Part shown: positions 18,818 through 27,831 of the stretch, one piece after another
Position numbering within the stretch: the stretch's first letter is position 1
How the letters are laid out: every line of letters begins with the position of its first letter
From: an uncultured Chroococcidiopsis sp.
Lineage (GTDB): Bacteria; Cyanobacteriota; Cyanobacteriia; Cyanobacteriales; Chroococcidiopsidaceae
Reading direction: 5' to 3'
Length of the DNA: 35,732 bases
Assembly (NCBI GenBank): GCA_964248365.1
Contig: CAXTYC010000044.1
Span: forward strand, 1-35,732
Notes under the pieces: generated by a model
What the model saw: only the letters and a program-made list of their open reading frames with translations
The model's database searches: none
Told to the model about the DNA's origin: nothing
Made by a program: the position numbers and the translations under genes

Positions 18818-20392
18818 ATGCCTCGTAACCCTAAATTAGGTTTTGATCGTGGTACGCTAATTTTGCATCCCCCCCCAAGAGGAAAATCATGGGTGGAATA
18901 CGCCACATGGGATGATAGAGTAGAAAAATTTCGCATTCCAGCTATTTACTATCGCCAATTAGTAGAAGCACTGCAAGCAGAAGGCAGTAACTTTAGTGAT
19001 GAGGCAAAGGAATTTGAGCCACTCGAACTTGTTCCCAGCATAGAGATGAAACCTTACCCCCATCAAACTGAAGCTTTGAGTGCTTGGAAACTTGCCGGAC
19101 GTAAAGGCGTAGTGGTACTGCCTACAGCAGCTGGTAAAACTTACTTAGCTCAGCTAGCGATGCAAGCCACGCCTCGCAGTACCCTGATTGTAGTGCCGAC
19201 TTTGGATTTAATGCATCAGTGGTATGCACACCTAAAAGCTGCTTTTCCAGATGCAGAGGTAGGTTTACTAGGTGGAGGTTCACGCGATCGCACCCCTATT
19301 TTAGTCGCCACCTACGACAGCGCGGCGATTCATGCTGAGTCCCTAGGCAATCGCTATGCACTGCTAATATTTGATGAGTGCCACCATCTACCGACAGATT
19401 TTAATCGAGTCATTGCCGAATATGCGATCGCTCCCTATCGACTCGGACTAACTGCAACACCGGAACGCACAGATGGTAAACACGCAGATTTAAATATACT
19501 AATTGGAGCAGAAGTATATCGCAAAACTGCCGAGGAATTGGCAGGCTCGGCATTAGCAGAGCATCAAGTTGTGCAGATTAAAGTAAAACTGTCACAACAC
19601 GAACGCGATCGCTATAACCAACTCATCCATCTACGGAATGATTTTTTACGGGAATCCAAGATTTCTCTAGGAAGTCTAAAAGGTTGGCAATTGTTTGTGC
19701 AAACGAGTGCGCGATCGCAAGCAGGACGTAGAGCTATGCTGGCTCACCGCGAGGCAAAAGAAATTGCTTTAGGAACAGATGGTAAATTGAGGATTTTGGC
19801 AGATTTGATTGCCGAACACTACCCAGAAAGGATTTTAATCTTTACGGCTGACAATACCACAGTTTATCGCATTTCGCAAGATTTTTTAATACCAGCAATT
19901 ACCCATCAAACTCCTGTGAAAGAACGCCACGAGATTTTAACGAGATTTCGAGAGGGAGAATATAAGACTTTGGTAGCTTCTCACGTTTTGAATGAAGGTG
20001 TAGATGTGCCAGCTGCAAGTATTGCGATTATATTATCTGGTACGGGTTCGGCGCGGGAGTATATTCAGCGTTTGGGGCGGGTTTTACGGAAGGGGAAGGA
20101 TAAGGACAAGTTTGCTTTGCTGTATGAGGTGGTGGCGGAGGATACGAGTGAGGAGGGTACTTCTGTTAGGCGGCGTGGTTTGGAGAAGAGAAACGAACCG
20201 CAGAGGCGCAGAGAGCGCAGAGAGGGAGAGGAGGAGGTAAGGCAGTTGGAGATTGTACAGCCTAAGAAGATTATTTATGGAGTGAAGAGTAATACTGCGG
20301 GGCGAGCTGCTGAGTCAACTAAAGCAGAAGGAAAATACTCAATACGTAATCCAAAACCTTCACACCAAGACACCAATACACCAATAGAATAA
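18818..20392 (+). CDS. XPB/Rad25-like superfamily 2 (DEAD/DEAH) helicase
   Basis: N-terminal WDDRVEKFRIPAIYY, Walker A LPTAAGKT, DECHH, LGLTATPER, LNEGVDVP, QRLGRVLR, and a low-complexity C-terminal tail. Confidence 0.9.
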   Translation: MPRNPKLGFDRGTLILHPPPRGKSWVEYATWDDRVEKFRIPAIYYRQLVEALQAEGSNFSDEAKEFEPLELVPSIEMKPYPHQTEALSAWKLAGRKGVVVLPTAAGKTYLAQLAMQATPRSTLIVVPTLDLMHQWYAHLKAAFPDAEVGLLGGGSRDRTPILVATYDSAAIHAESLGNRYALLIFDECHHLPTDFNRVIAEYAIAPYRLGLTATPERTDGKHADLNILIGAEVYRKTAEELAGSALAEHQVVQIKVKLSQHERDRYNQLIHLRNDFLRESKISLGSLKGWQLFVQTSARSQAGRRAMLAHREAKEIALGTDGKLRILADLIAEHYPERILIFTADNTTVYRISQDFLIPAITHQTPVKERHEILTRFREGEYKTLVASHVLNEGVDVPAASIAIILSGTGSAREYIQRLGRVLRKGKDKDKFALLYEVVAEDTSEEGTSVRRRGLEKRNEPQRRRERREGEEEVRQLEIVQPKKIIYGVKSNTAGRAAESTKAEGKYSIRNPKPSHQDTNTPIE

Positions 20393-20403
20393 AACCTTCT
20401 TAA

Positions 20404-20431
20404 CTTTGCGCCTTTGCGTCTTTGCGCGAAA
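20404..20431. repeat. CTTTGCG(C/T) octamer-type short dispersed repeat
   Basis: CTTTGCGCCTTTGCGTCTTTGCGCGAAA. Related copies lie near 27215-27240, 23076-23135 (reverse), 10138-10170 and 20191-20224. Confidence 0.75.
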
Positions 20432-20461
20432 CAAATCCAAAATCTTAAATTCAAAACCAAA

Positions 20462-21673
20462 ATGCTACCAAGTGATCTTTTAATGCACCGCCAAAATGGG
20501 GAGGAGATAACCCCGAAGAGGTTGAAGATTGATCAAAACAGTTTGGAGATTGCAACCGAGTTAATTACTTGTTTTCAAGAGGCGGTGGGTTGTACTCAGG
20601 GTGAACTTGATAGACAGTTGCAGGAGTTGGAGGGTGATAGCCCTGATTATCGTCTGAAGCGGGGGTTAGCTCATCTACTCAAGAGTATGTGTGAGTTTGA
20701 GGTGGTTAGCCCCATAGAACCTCAACTTTTGCGGGAAAGAGTGTTTGCTTTGTCTGCTTGTTCTGTTCCTAGTCCTGATCAAAGTTATCAGGTTTTGGAT
20801 AGTTTGGCGTTGCAACTGAGTCATGAATTAGAAACAGAGGTGTTACCAGCGCAAATTCGGGCTGGGTTATATGCAGATTTGGCAGAAAATCGGATTTTGA
20901 CTATGTTTGATGCGCCGACACCAGCAATGTTGTTGCATCGATACAATTTGTCGCAGGTGCAAGGGGTGTTTTATCGCGCTAGTCAGATTACGCTCAATGC
21001 TCATCGGAATGTTCCTGGGGAGTATAAGTTGTTGTTTCGGTATTTGAAGTTGTTTCAGTTGATGGCTTATATTGAGGGGGATGCAGATCACGGGTTTACG
21101 ATTACGATTGATGGTGCTACGAGTTTGTTTAGTCCAAGTACACGGTATGGATTGGCGATCGCTAAACTCATTCCAGCTTTACTACATGTCACTAAATGGA
21201 GTCTGAGCGCAACGCTACAAACTCGTGACTTCTATACAAATAATTGGAAAACTGGGCGTTTTACTCTTGATTCTAATTGTGGTTTGGTGTCTCATTATCC
21301 AGCCGGTAAGCCTTATGACAGTATGTTAGAGGCGGCGTTTGCTGATCGCTGGGATGCTCTGAAAACTGATTGGGTGTTAGAGCGAGAAGTTGATTTAATT
21401 CCCATTCCTGGGAGTGTGATGATTCCCGATTTTCGACTTGTCCATCCTGATGGTCGCACATTCTTATTAGAAATTGTCGGTTACTGGCGACCGGAATATT
21501 TACAAAAGAAGTTTTCGCAAGTGCGTCGCGCTGAGTGTGATAACTTGATTTTGGCTATTTCTGAACGGCTGAATTTAGAAAAAGCAGGGGTGAAAATGAA
21601 TGATGTTCCTGCAAAAATTGTCTGGTTTAAGGATAAGTTGTTGCCTAAATCTGTGTTAGCTGTAATTGATTGA
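20462..21673 (+). CDS. DUF790 family (Bax1-like) endonuclease
   Basis: MLPSDLL start, LYADLAEN, RYNLSQVQG, RYGLAIAKL, YDSMLEAAFA, and the nuclease-like IPDF...LEIVGYWRPEYL. Co-oriented 69 bp downstream of the helicase. Confidence 0.9.
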   Translation: MLPSDLLMHRQNGEEITPKRLKIDQNSLEIATELITCFQEAVGCTQGELDRQLQELEGDSPDYRLKRGLAHLLKSMCEFEVVSPIEPQLLRERVFALSACSVPSPDQSYQVLDSLALQLSHELETEVLPAQIRAGLYADLAENRILTMFDAPTPAMLLHRYNLSQVQGVFYRASQITLNAHRNVPGEYKLLFRYLKLFQLMAYIEGDADHGFTITIDGATSLFSPSTRYGLAIAKLIPALLHVTKWSLSATLQTRDFYTNNWKTGRFTLDSNCGLVSHYPAGKPYDSMLEAAFADRWDALKTDWVLEREVDLIPIPGSVMIPDFRLVHPDGRTFLLEIVGYWRPEYLQKKFSQVRRAECDNLILAISERLNLEKAGVKMNDVPAKIVWFKDKLLPKSVLAVID

Positions 21674-21789
21674 TATAGCAGGGAGTAAGGGAGCAATTAT
21701 CAATTATCAATTGTTCATTGTTTCCCTTTACCCTTTTCCCTTTACCCTTTTCCCTTTTCAAGGGCGTGGCAAGAAGTCTATTGTAGGCT

Positions 21790-22629
21790 CTAATCCAGTC
21801 CAGCTTCTCGTAAAGCTTGTGCTATCAAATTTTCTAATTGTAGCGTTTGCGCCCACTGAGCTAGATAGTTAAAATCAAGTCTATCAGCTTGAACCTTTAA
21901 CACTCCAAGGACATCTCGCCACTGTCTATCTGAAACTTGATTACCAAGACGATAACAGATAAGTTTTTGAAGAATAATATCTTCTGCTGATGCTAACCAA
22001 GCTGATTTATCAGGATTTTGAGTAATCATTAACTGCTGCCGCCGTTGCATTTCAATTTGTGCTAACGGCTGATTAGAAAGTACAAAAATATCGACTTTTT
22101 GCATACTGTCTAGATGAATAATGTTAAAAGATGATTTGCGCTCAATTGCTTCTTTCACCATCATTTCATCGATAAAAAATTCCCCAGTCATTACTTGTAA
22201 TAGAGGTGGTACATGGAAAAGCTGCAAATCTGCAACAACATCTACATCTAAAGTTGCTCGTGGTTCTCCTAAAATAGAACTTGCTATAGAACCACCAATT
22301 AGGTAGGGTATTGCAAGAGCTTCTAAAATCTCTGCTACTCTTAATGCTAGTCTGACTGATTCTGCATCCAATATTTTCCCCTCATTATCCCGATAAAGCT
22401 GATTTGCTATCTCTTTACCCAGCCATCTTATTGCTAGATAAAATCTGATTTCGGCGCTCTTTGCATCAGGATGTTGGTGACGAATACCAGCGATCGCCCA
22501 TTGTTGAATTCCTTTAGTTGCTTCATTAATCAAATGCGCTTTCTTCCAAGTAGGCATTTGACGAAAAGCCTGCATGAGAAATCTGTCAATTTCTGGATGA
22601 GTATCGCTTGCTTGTGGTTGATATGACAT
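21790..22629 (-). CDS. Nucleotidyltransferase (AbiEii/MenT-like) with an N-terminal small antitoxin-like helical domain
   Basis: C-terminal part: YLIGGSIASSILGEPRATLDVDVV (GS...DxD), KVDIF, EDIILQKL, RQWRDV. N-terminal ~80 aa: SDTHPEIDRFLMQAFRQM...AGIRHQHPDA...EIRFYLA. Confidence 0.75.
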   Translation of the reverse strand: MSYQPQASDTHPEIDRFLMQAFRQMPTWKKAHLINEATKGIQQWAIAGIRHQHPDAKSAEIRFYLAIRWLGKEIANQLYRDNEGKILDAESVRLALRVAEILEALAIPYLIGGSIASSILGEPRATLDVDVVADLQLFHVPPLLQVMTGEFFIDEMMVKEAIERKSSFNIIHLDSMQKVDIFVLSNQPLAQIEMQRRQQLMITQNPDKSAWLASAEDIILQKLICYRLGNQVSDRQWRDVLGVLKVQADRLDFNYLAQWAQTLQLENLIAQALREAGLD

Positions 22630-22640
22630 TATTACATGAT

Positions 22641-23009
22641 TTATATTCCTACACTATCTCCTGATTTCGATGGATATCTAACAGTCAAAATAGTACAATC
22701 AGACTGGGCTTGCCAACAATGGGGTACACCTGGAAGCCATAGAACATAATCACCTACATGAGATAGTAACACTTCTTGATCGGGAAATTGTAGGCGAAAT
22801 TGTCCTTGGATTAGAATAGAAATTGTGGTTGCTTCAACATTTATTGCCCATTGGTTTCTACATTCTCCGGCTTTATGGACAGCCCATTTTACTTCTATAT
22901 TGGAGGTGGAATGGGGATCGTCAGTAGGGGTAATAAAGTGTCCAATAAACCAACCCCCTCGACTTTCACCTTCAGTTTGAGCATTTCCAAAAATAACTTT
23001 TTGCGACAT
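22641..23009 (-). CDS. Small cupin-fold protein
   Basis: 122 aa, beta-rich: EVKWAVH..GE, ILIQGQFRL, GDYVLWLPGVPHCW. Confidence 0.75.
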   Translation of the reverse strand: MSQKVIFGNAQTEGESRGGWFIGHFITPTDDPHSTSNIEVKWAVHKAGECRNQWAINVEATTISILIQGQFRLQFPDQEVLLSHVGDYVLWLPGVPHCWQAQSDCTILTVRYPSKSGDSVGI

Positions 23010-23218
23010 TAAGCTAATTATTAGATGGGTAATCAGGAAAACTTCATGTGTTGCACAGATTTAAGATGATAGTGTCGCGCAAAGACGCGCAGCAGAGCCT
23101 CTTCGCTCCAGTAGACGCAAAGACGCTAAGATGCTAAGAGAAACGGGCATACTTCTAGTATTTTTAAGTAAGAATAGATAGAAAATCATTACGCTTCCGT
23201 TGTGCGATCGCTAAAAAA

Positions 23219-26212
23219 TCAACTCGGTTGCTGCAACACTTGTTTTAGGTATTGTCCTGTGTAAGAATTAGGATTTTTTGCTACTTTATCTGGGGTTCCG
23301 ACTGCTACTATTTCTCCTCCTTTGTCGCCACCTTCTGGACCTAAATCAATTACCCAATCACTACAGCGAATTACATCTAAGTTGTGTTCAATTACTAAAA
23401 TTGAATTGCCTTTGTCTACCAAACGTTGCAATACATCTAGCAATTTGTGGACATCATAAAATGATAAACCTGTAGTTGGTTCATCAATTAAATACAAAGT
23501 CTTACCTGTAGCACGGCGAGATAGTTCAGACGCAAGTTTTACTCTTTGTGCTTCGCCTCCTGATAAAGTAGTTGCAGGTTGTCCAAGTCGCATATATCCC
23601 AGCCCCACATCTACCAATGTTTGCAGCTTACTAAACGCTTTGGGGATATTTTTGAAAAACTCTAAACTCTCTTCAACAGTCATATTGAGTACATCAGAAA
23701 TTGATTTGTCTTTGTATTTCACTTGCAGAGTTTCGCGGTTATAACGTGCGCCTTTACATACCTCACACTGCACATATACATCGGGTAGAAAGTTCATCTC
23801 AATTACATTTACACCTTGTCCGCCACAAGCTTCACAACGTCCACCTTTGACATTGAAAGAAAATTGCCCTGGTTTATATCCCCTGGCTTTGGCTTCAATG
23901 GTTTGGGAAAATACTTCCCGTACAGCATCAAATATACCTGTATATGTGGCTGGGTTAGAGCGGGGAGTGCGCCCGATTGGGGATTGGTCAATTACAATTG
24001 CTTTATCAATACAATTCAATCCCTTAACTGCTTCCAAGTCGGTAGGAAATGGAATTTTGTGCGTTAGGTTGTGTTGCAAAGCTGGGTAGAGTAATTCGTT
24101 GATCAGTGTAGATTTACCAGAACCAGAAACACCAGTAATCGAAACGAGTTTACCCAGTGGAATTTCGACATCTATATTTTTGAGGTTATTGCGATGGGCG
24201 TTTTTGATCGAGAGACTTCGCCCATTTCCTTCTCGTCTTTGCGCTGGAGTTTCAATTACCCGTCTTCCTGACAAATAAGCCCCTGTTAAAGAGTTAGGGG
24301 AAGTTAGCAAAGCTTGCAAGTCACCTTGAGCTACAATATTTCCGCCATGAATTCCCGCACCAGGACCAATATCAACAATATAATCGGCGGCGCGGATGGT
24401 TTCTTCATCATGCTCTACTACAATTAATGTGTTGCCGAGATTACGCAGTTTATTCAGTGTTTGCAGCAAGCGATCATTATCTCTTTGATGCAAACCGATA
24501 CTCGGTTCATCTAGAACGTAGAGTACTCCTGTCAAACCCGAACCAATTTGAGTTGCTAGGCGGATACGTTGAGCTTCGCCACCAGAAAGCGTCATGGCTG
24601 GGCGATCTAGAGTAAGGTAATCTAAACCCACATCGAGGAGAAATTGCAGTCTAGCTTTGATTTCTCGCAGTACTAGATCGGCAATTTGCATCTGGCGATC
24701 GCTCAATTGAATTGTACTAATTCTACTGTGCGACTCTCGAATTGATACACTCGTCAGATCCATAATACGATACTGTCCCAAGCGTACAGATAAAGCCTCT
24801 GGCTTCAGCCGCTTTCCCTGACATACTGGACAAGGTTGATAAATAACGTATTGTTCTAGCTTTTGTTTAATCAGTTCTGAACTGGCTTCCTTATGCTGCC
24901 TTTCCAGCAGGGGAATCACACCAGCGTGTCGTCTATAATCGTCCCGCTCCTCAATCCAGATCGGTTTGTCACTACCATATAAAATAATATGCTGTTGTTC
25001 TGGTGTCAATTGATTCCAACGAGTGTGAATTTCAAAACCGTAAGCTTTGCCTAGACTGTAGAGCAAACAAAGGTAGTAGGAGTTGTCTTTTTCTGACCAA
25101 GGGGCGATCGCGGCATATACTGGTTGTGTTGGGTCAGGCACTACCAAATGGGCTGAAAATGTCTGCAAGCTGCCCAAACCATGACAATTTGAACAAGCAC
25201 CATAGGGCGAATTAAACGAAAATAGACGAGGTGATAACTCCTCCATTACCGCCCCATGTTCTGGACAAGCAAAATTTTCCGAAAATACCAGTTCCTTGTC
25301 TCCCCTACTATCTTCTTGAGCAGACTGTGTTCTATACGACGATCCTCCCTCAGCTGCTCTTGCTTGCAATGCTGTAGGATGAGTCAGGGCTTCAGCCTCT
25401 CGCCCCTCTTGTGCATCTAACAACTCAATTACCGCAATACCTTCAGAACGACGTAAACAGGTGGTGAGAGAGTCTGTTAACCGTTCTTCGATTCCAGGTT
25501 TCTTAATCAGTCGGTCAACTACAACTTCAATATTATGTGCCTGGTTCTTATCCAATTCAATTGAATCGCTTAATTCTCGCACTTCTCCATCAATGCGAAC
25601 CCGTACAAATCCTTCTGAGGCTAGACTAGATAGCAACTTGCGATGAGTGCCTTTTTTACCCCGTACAACTGGCGCTAAGATTTGAAAGCGAGTGCGAACA
25701 GGTAGTTCCATAATGCGATCGCTGATCTCGTCAATTGTCTGTGGAGCAATCGAGCGATCGCAGATCGGACAATGGGGTTCCCCCGCCCTACCATACAATA
25801 GCCGCAGATAATCATAAATCTCCGTCACTGTACCCACAGTAGAACGGGGGTTGTGAGACGTGGATTTTTGATCAATAGAAATAGCTGGGCTTAAACCTTC
25901 AATTGCTTCGACATCTGGCTTATCTAGCTGCCCTAAAAACTGCCGTGCATAGGCACTTAGGGATTCTACATAACGGCGCTGTCCCTCGGCAAATATGGTA
26001 TCAAAGGCAAGGGAAGATTTACCGCTTCCAGAAACACCAGTAAAAACAATTAAGCGATCGCGCGGCAGTTCTAAATCAATATTCTTGAGATTATGCTGCC
26101 TCGCGCCCCGAATGCGAATCGTATTTTGAGGATTGTGGTGAAAAGTCGTTGCATGATGTCCGTTTGTAGATTCAGCTAGCTGGGTATCTGAAATATCGGG
26201 ACGTTGAGTCAT
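23219..26212 (-). CDS. uvrA: Excinuclease ABC subunit A
   Basis: Two ABC ATPase modules (GVSGSGKS twice, LSGGEAQR twice), Cys-rich zinc fingers, EGQRRYVESLSAYARQFL. Confidence 0.98.
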   Translation of the reverse strand: MTQRPDISDTQLAESTNGHHATTFHHNPQNTIRIRGARQHNLKNIDLELPRDRLIVFTGVSGSGKSSLAFDTIFAEGQRRYVESLSAYARQFLGQLDKPDVEAIEGLSPAISIDQKSTSHNPRSTVGTVTEIYDYLRLLYGRAGEPHCPICDRSIAPQTIDEISDRIMELPVRTRFQILAPVVRGKKGTHRKLLSSLASEGFVRVRIDGEVRELSDSIELDKNQAHNIEVVVDRLIKKPGIEERLTDSLTTCLRRSEGIAVIELLDAQEGREAEALTHPTALQARAAEGGSSYRTQSAQEDSRGDKELVFSENFACPEHGAVMEELSPRLFSFNSPYGACSNCHGLGSLQTFSAHLVVPDPTQPVYAAIAPWSEKDNSYYLCLLYSLGKAYGFEIHTRWNQLTPEQQHIILYGSDKPIWIEERDDYRRHAGVIPLLERQHKEASSELIKQKLEQYVIYQPCPVCQGKRLKPEALSVRLGQYRIMDLTSVSIRESHSRISTIQLSDRQMQIADLVLREIKARLQFLLDVGLDYLTLDRPAMTLSGGEAQRIRLATQIGSGLTGVLYVLDEPSIGLHQRDNDRLLQTLNKLRNLGNTLIVVEHDEETIRAADYIVDIGPGAGIHGGNIVAQGDLQALLTSPNSLTGAYLSGRRVIETPAQRREGNGRSLSIKNAHRNNLKNIDVEIPLGKLVSITGVSGSGKSTLINELLYPALQHNLTHKIPFPTDLEAVKGLNCIDKAIVIDQSPIGRTPRSNPATYTGIFDAVREVFSQTIEAKARGYKPGQFSFNVKGGRCEACGGQGVNVIEMNFLPDVYVQCEVCKGARYNRETLQVKYKDKSISDVLNMTVEESLEFFKNIPKAFSKLQTLVDVGLGYMRLGQPATTLSGGEAQRVKLASELSRRATGKTLYLIDEPTTGLSFYDVHKLLDVLQRLVDKGNSILVIEHNLDVIRCSDWVIDLGPEGGDKGGEIVAVGTPDKVAKNPNSYTGQYLKQVLQQPS

Positions 26213-26515
26213 GAGGGCAGCGCGAAATAGTCCTTAATGATCTTAACGCTAGCTTTCTCAATGAAAGGGAAAAGGGAAAAGGGAAAAGGGAAAGGGAAAC
26301 CTCATAGATAAATCTAGGTTCCTGAAACTTTGACACCGTATTTCTCGTACTACCTTGCTCGAAACACGTCTTTAAATTTAATCCATGTTTAAAAACAGGT
26401 TTTCCTTCCCCTTTTCCCTTTTCCCTGCGCCGAAGGCATTTCTTGACTTTTAATTAATCAAACTTCATACTAAAAGTATAAATACTCATTAACTTCATAG
26501 AAGTAGGAGTCAGCC

Positions 26516-27151
26516 ATGAAAGACGGATCTTACGCTTTCTTGCTGCGGCGACTGGCTACGATATTGGCTATTGTTATCTTAACCTTGAGTTTTTCGGCAG
26601 CCTTTACGGGAATTCTACTAGCTTTCTACTACGAACCGACAGCAGGTGGAGCCTATAATTCGCTCAAAGCGATCGCCACCCAAATCCCCAACGGCTGGCT
26701 AATTCAACGCCTGCATAATATCTCAGGCAACGGAATCATTGCAGTCTCCCTCATAGAAATCGTCGTCATGTTTTTAGGCGAAAGATTTCGACGTAGCTGG
26801 CTAACAGCATGGATTAGCGGCATTCTGCTAACATTAACAGCGATCGCCCTGGGTTGGACTGCAATGGTTTTAGACTGGTCACAAATTGGATACTGGCGCT
26901 TCACAATTGAACTTGGCTCAATAGAAACAATACCATTAATTGGTTCCCAACTGCGAGAAATCATCACAGGTGGCGGCGCAATCAACACCTTGACAGTGCA
27001 ACACCTATACACATTACACAGCTACATACTCTCAGCAGGAGCGCTAATTCTTGCCATTATACATCTAGGCGGATTACTACTACAAGAGAGAGAAGAGGCA
27101 GGAAAGCAGGGGAGCAGAGGAGCAGAGGGGCAAGAAAATTTTTCAATTTGA
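26516..27151 (+). CDS. Cytochrome b6 (PetB)-like paralogue, cytochrome b N-terminal domain
   Basis: TGILLAFYYEPT..AYNS, GWLIQRLH, WISG, LDWSQIGYW, IPLIG, LYTLHSYIL...IIH. Too divergent to call petB. Confidence 0.85.
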   Translation: MKDGSYAFLLRRLATILAIVILTLSFSAAFTGILLAFYYEPTAGGAYNSLKAIATQIPNGWLIQRLHNISGNGIIAVSLIEIVVMFLGERFRRSWLTAWISGILLTLTAIALGWTAMVLDWSQIGYWRFTIELGSIETIPLIGSQLREIITGGGAINTLTVQHLYTLHSYILSAGALILAIIHLGGLLLQEREEAGKQGSRGAEGQENFSI

Positions 27152-27163
27152 AATTTCAAATTA

Positions 27164-27192
27164 CTCGTTACTAGGCTGAGCCTAGTAACGAG
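27164..27192. repeat. REP-like perfect palindrome (family copy at 35013-35061)
   Basis: CTCGTTACTAGGCT-G-AGCCTAGTAACGAG. The second copy TCTAGTTACCAGGCT-G-AGCCTGATAACTAGA is followed by GAGGCTCAGCCTC. Both sit just after stop codons. Confidence 0.75.
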
Positions 27193-27289
27193 TGTAAGAA
27201 ACCCTTCCTATCTTAGCGCCTTTGCGTCTTTGCGCGAAATAAATCAAAATATCTCAATTAAATGAGAAAATTAATCAAACTGTTTACGC

Positions 27290-27703
27290 ATGGCAAATCC
27301 ACTGCGACGCTTAAAATTTCTACCTTGGCGATCGCTATTCCTCATCTCCAGCCTCGTCACTGTGATTGTGATAGTGGTAGATTTCTTAATAGCGATCGGA
27401 TACACATACTCACCAGCAATTAGGCAAGCGCTCGATCTATTATATGCACCACCCTTGGGAATATTAGTAAATTTTACCATCGTAGTAGGTATTGGGGCGA
27501 TCGCGGTTTACTTACTAGAGAAGTTATATTCAAACTTGAGCATCAACACCGCTATATTATGGGCTTTGGTACTATGCTTAGCCCTTTGTCTAATAGTGAA
27601 GTCTGTGCTACCCCTACCAAAAGTTCTGGTAAATTTGAACGAGATCCAATTAATGGCTATTGTAATTGGAGTGTTCTGGAAAGGTCGCCCCTACTGGCGA
27701 TAA
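27290..27703 (+). CDS. Hypothetical membrane protein with about four helices
   Basis: 137 aa with long hydrophobic segments; ends FWKGRPYWR. Confidence 0.8.
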   Translation: MANPLRRLKFLPWRSLFLISSLVTVIVIVVDFLIAIGYTYSPAIRQALDLLYAPPLGILVNFTIVVGIGAIAVYLLEKLYSNLSINTAILWALVLCLALCLIVKSVLPLPKVLVNLNEIQLMAIVIGVFWKGRPYWR

Positions 27704-27709
27704 ATCATC

Positions 27710-27812
27710 CGATTTTAGATTTTAGAATTTGGATTTTGGATTGGTAGTTGGTAGTTGGTAACTGGTAACTGGTAACTGGTAACTGGTAACTGGTAACTGG
27801 TAACTGGTAACT
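27710..27812. repeat. Compound STRR heptamer array (GATTTTG-like units, GGTAGTT x2, GGTAACT x8)
   Basis: Directly visible; the eight GGTAACT units span 27757-27812. Confidence 0.92.
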
Positions 27813-27831
27813 GGACTCTAGGAGGATCGCT

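Noticed and set aside
22641..23009. Signal peptidase label sometimes given to similar proteins
   Set aside because: No membrane anchor or Ser/Lys dyad motif; the pattern fits a cupin.
26516..27151. Calling this gene petB
   Set aside because: It lacks the conserved PetB N-terminus, Cys35 and one His ligand, and has no petD neighbour.
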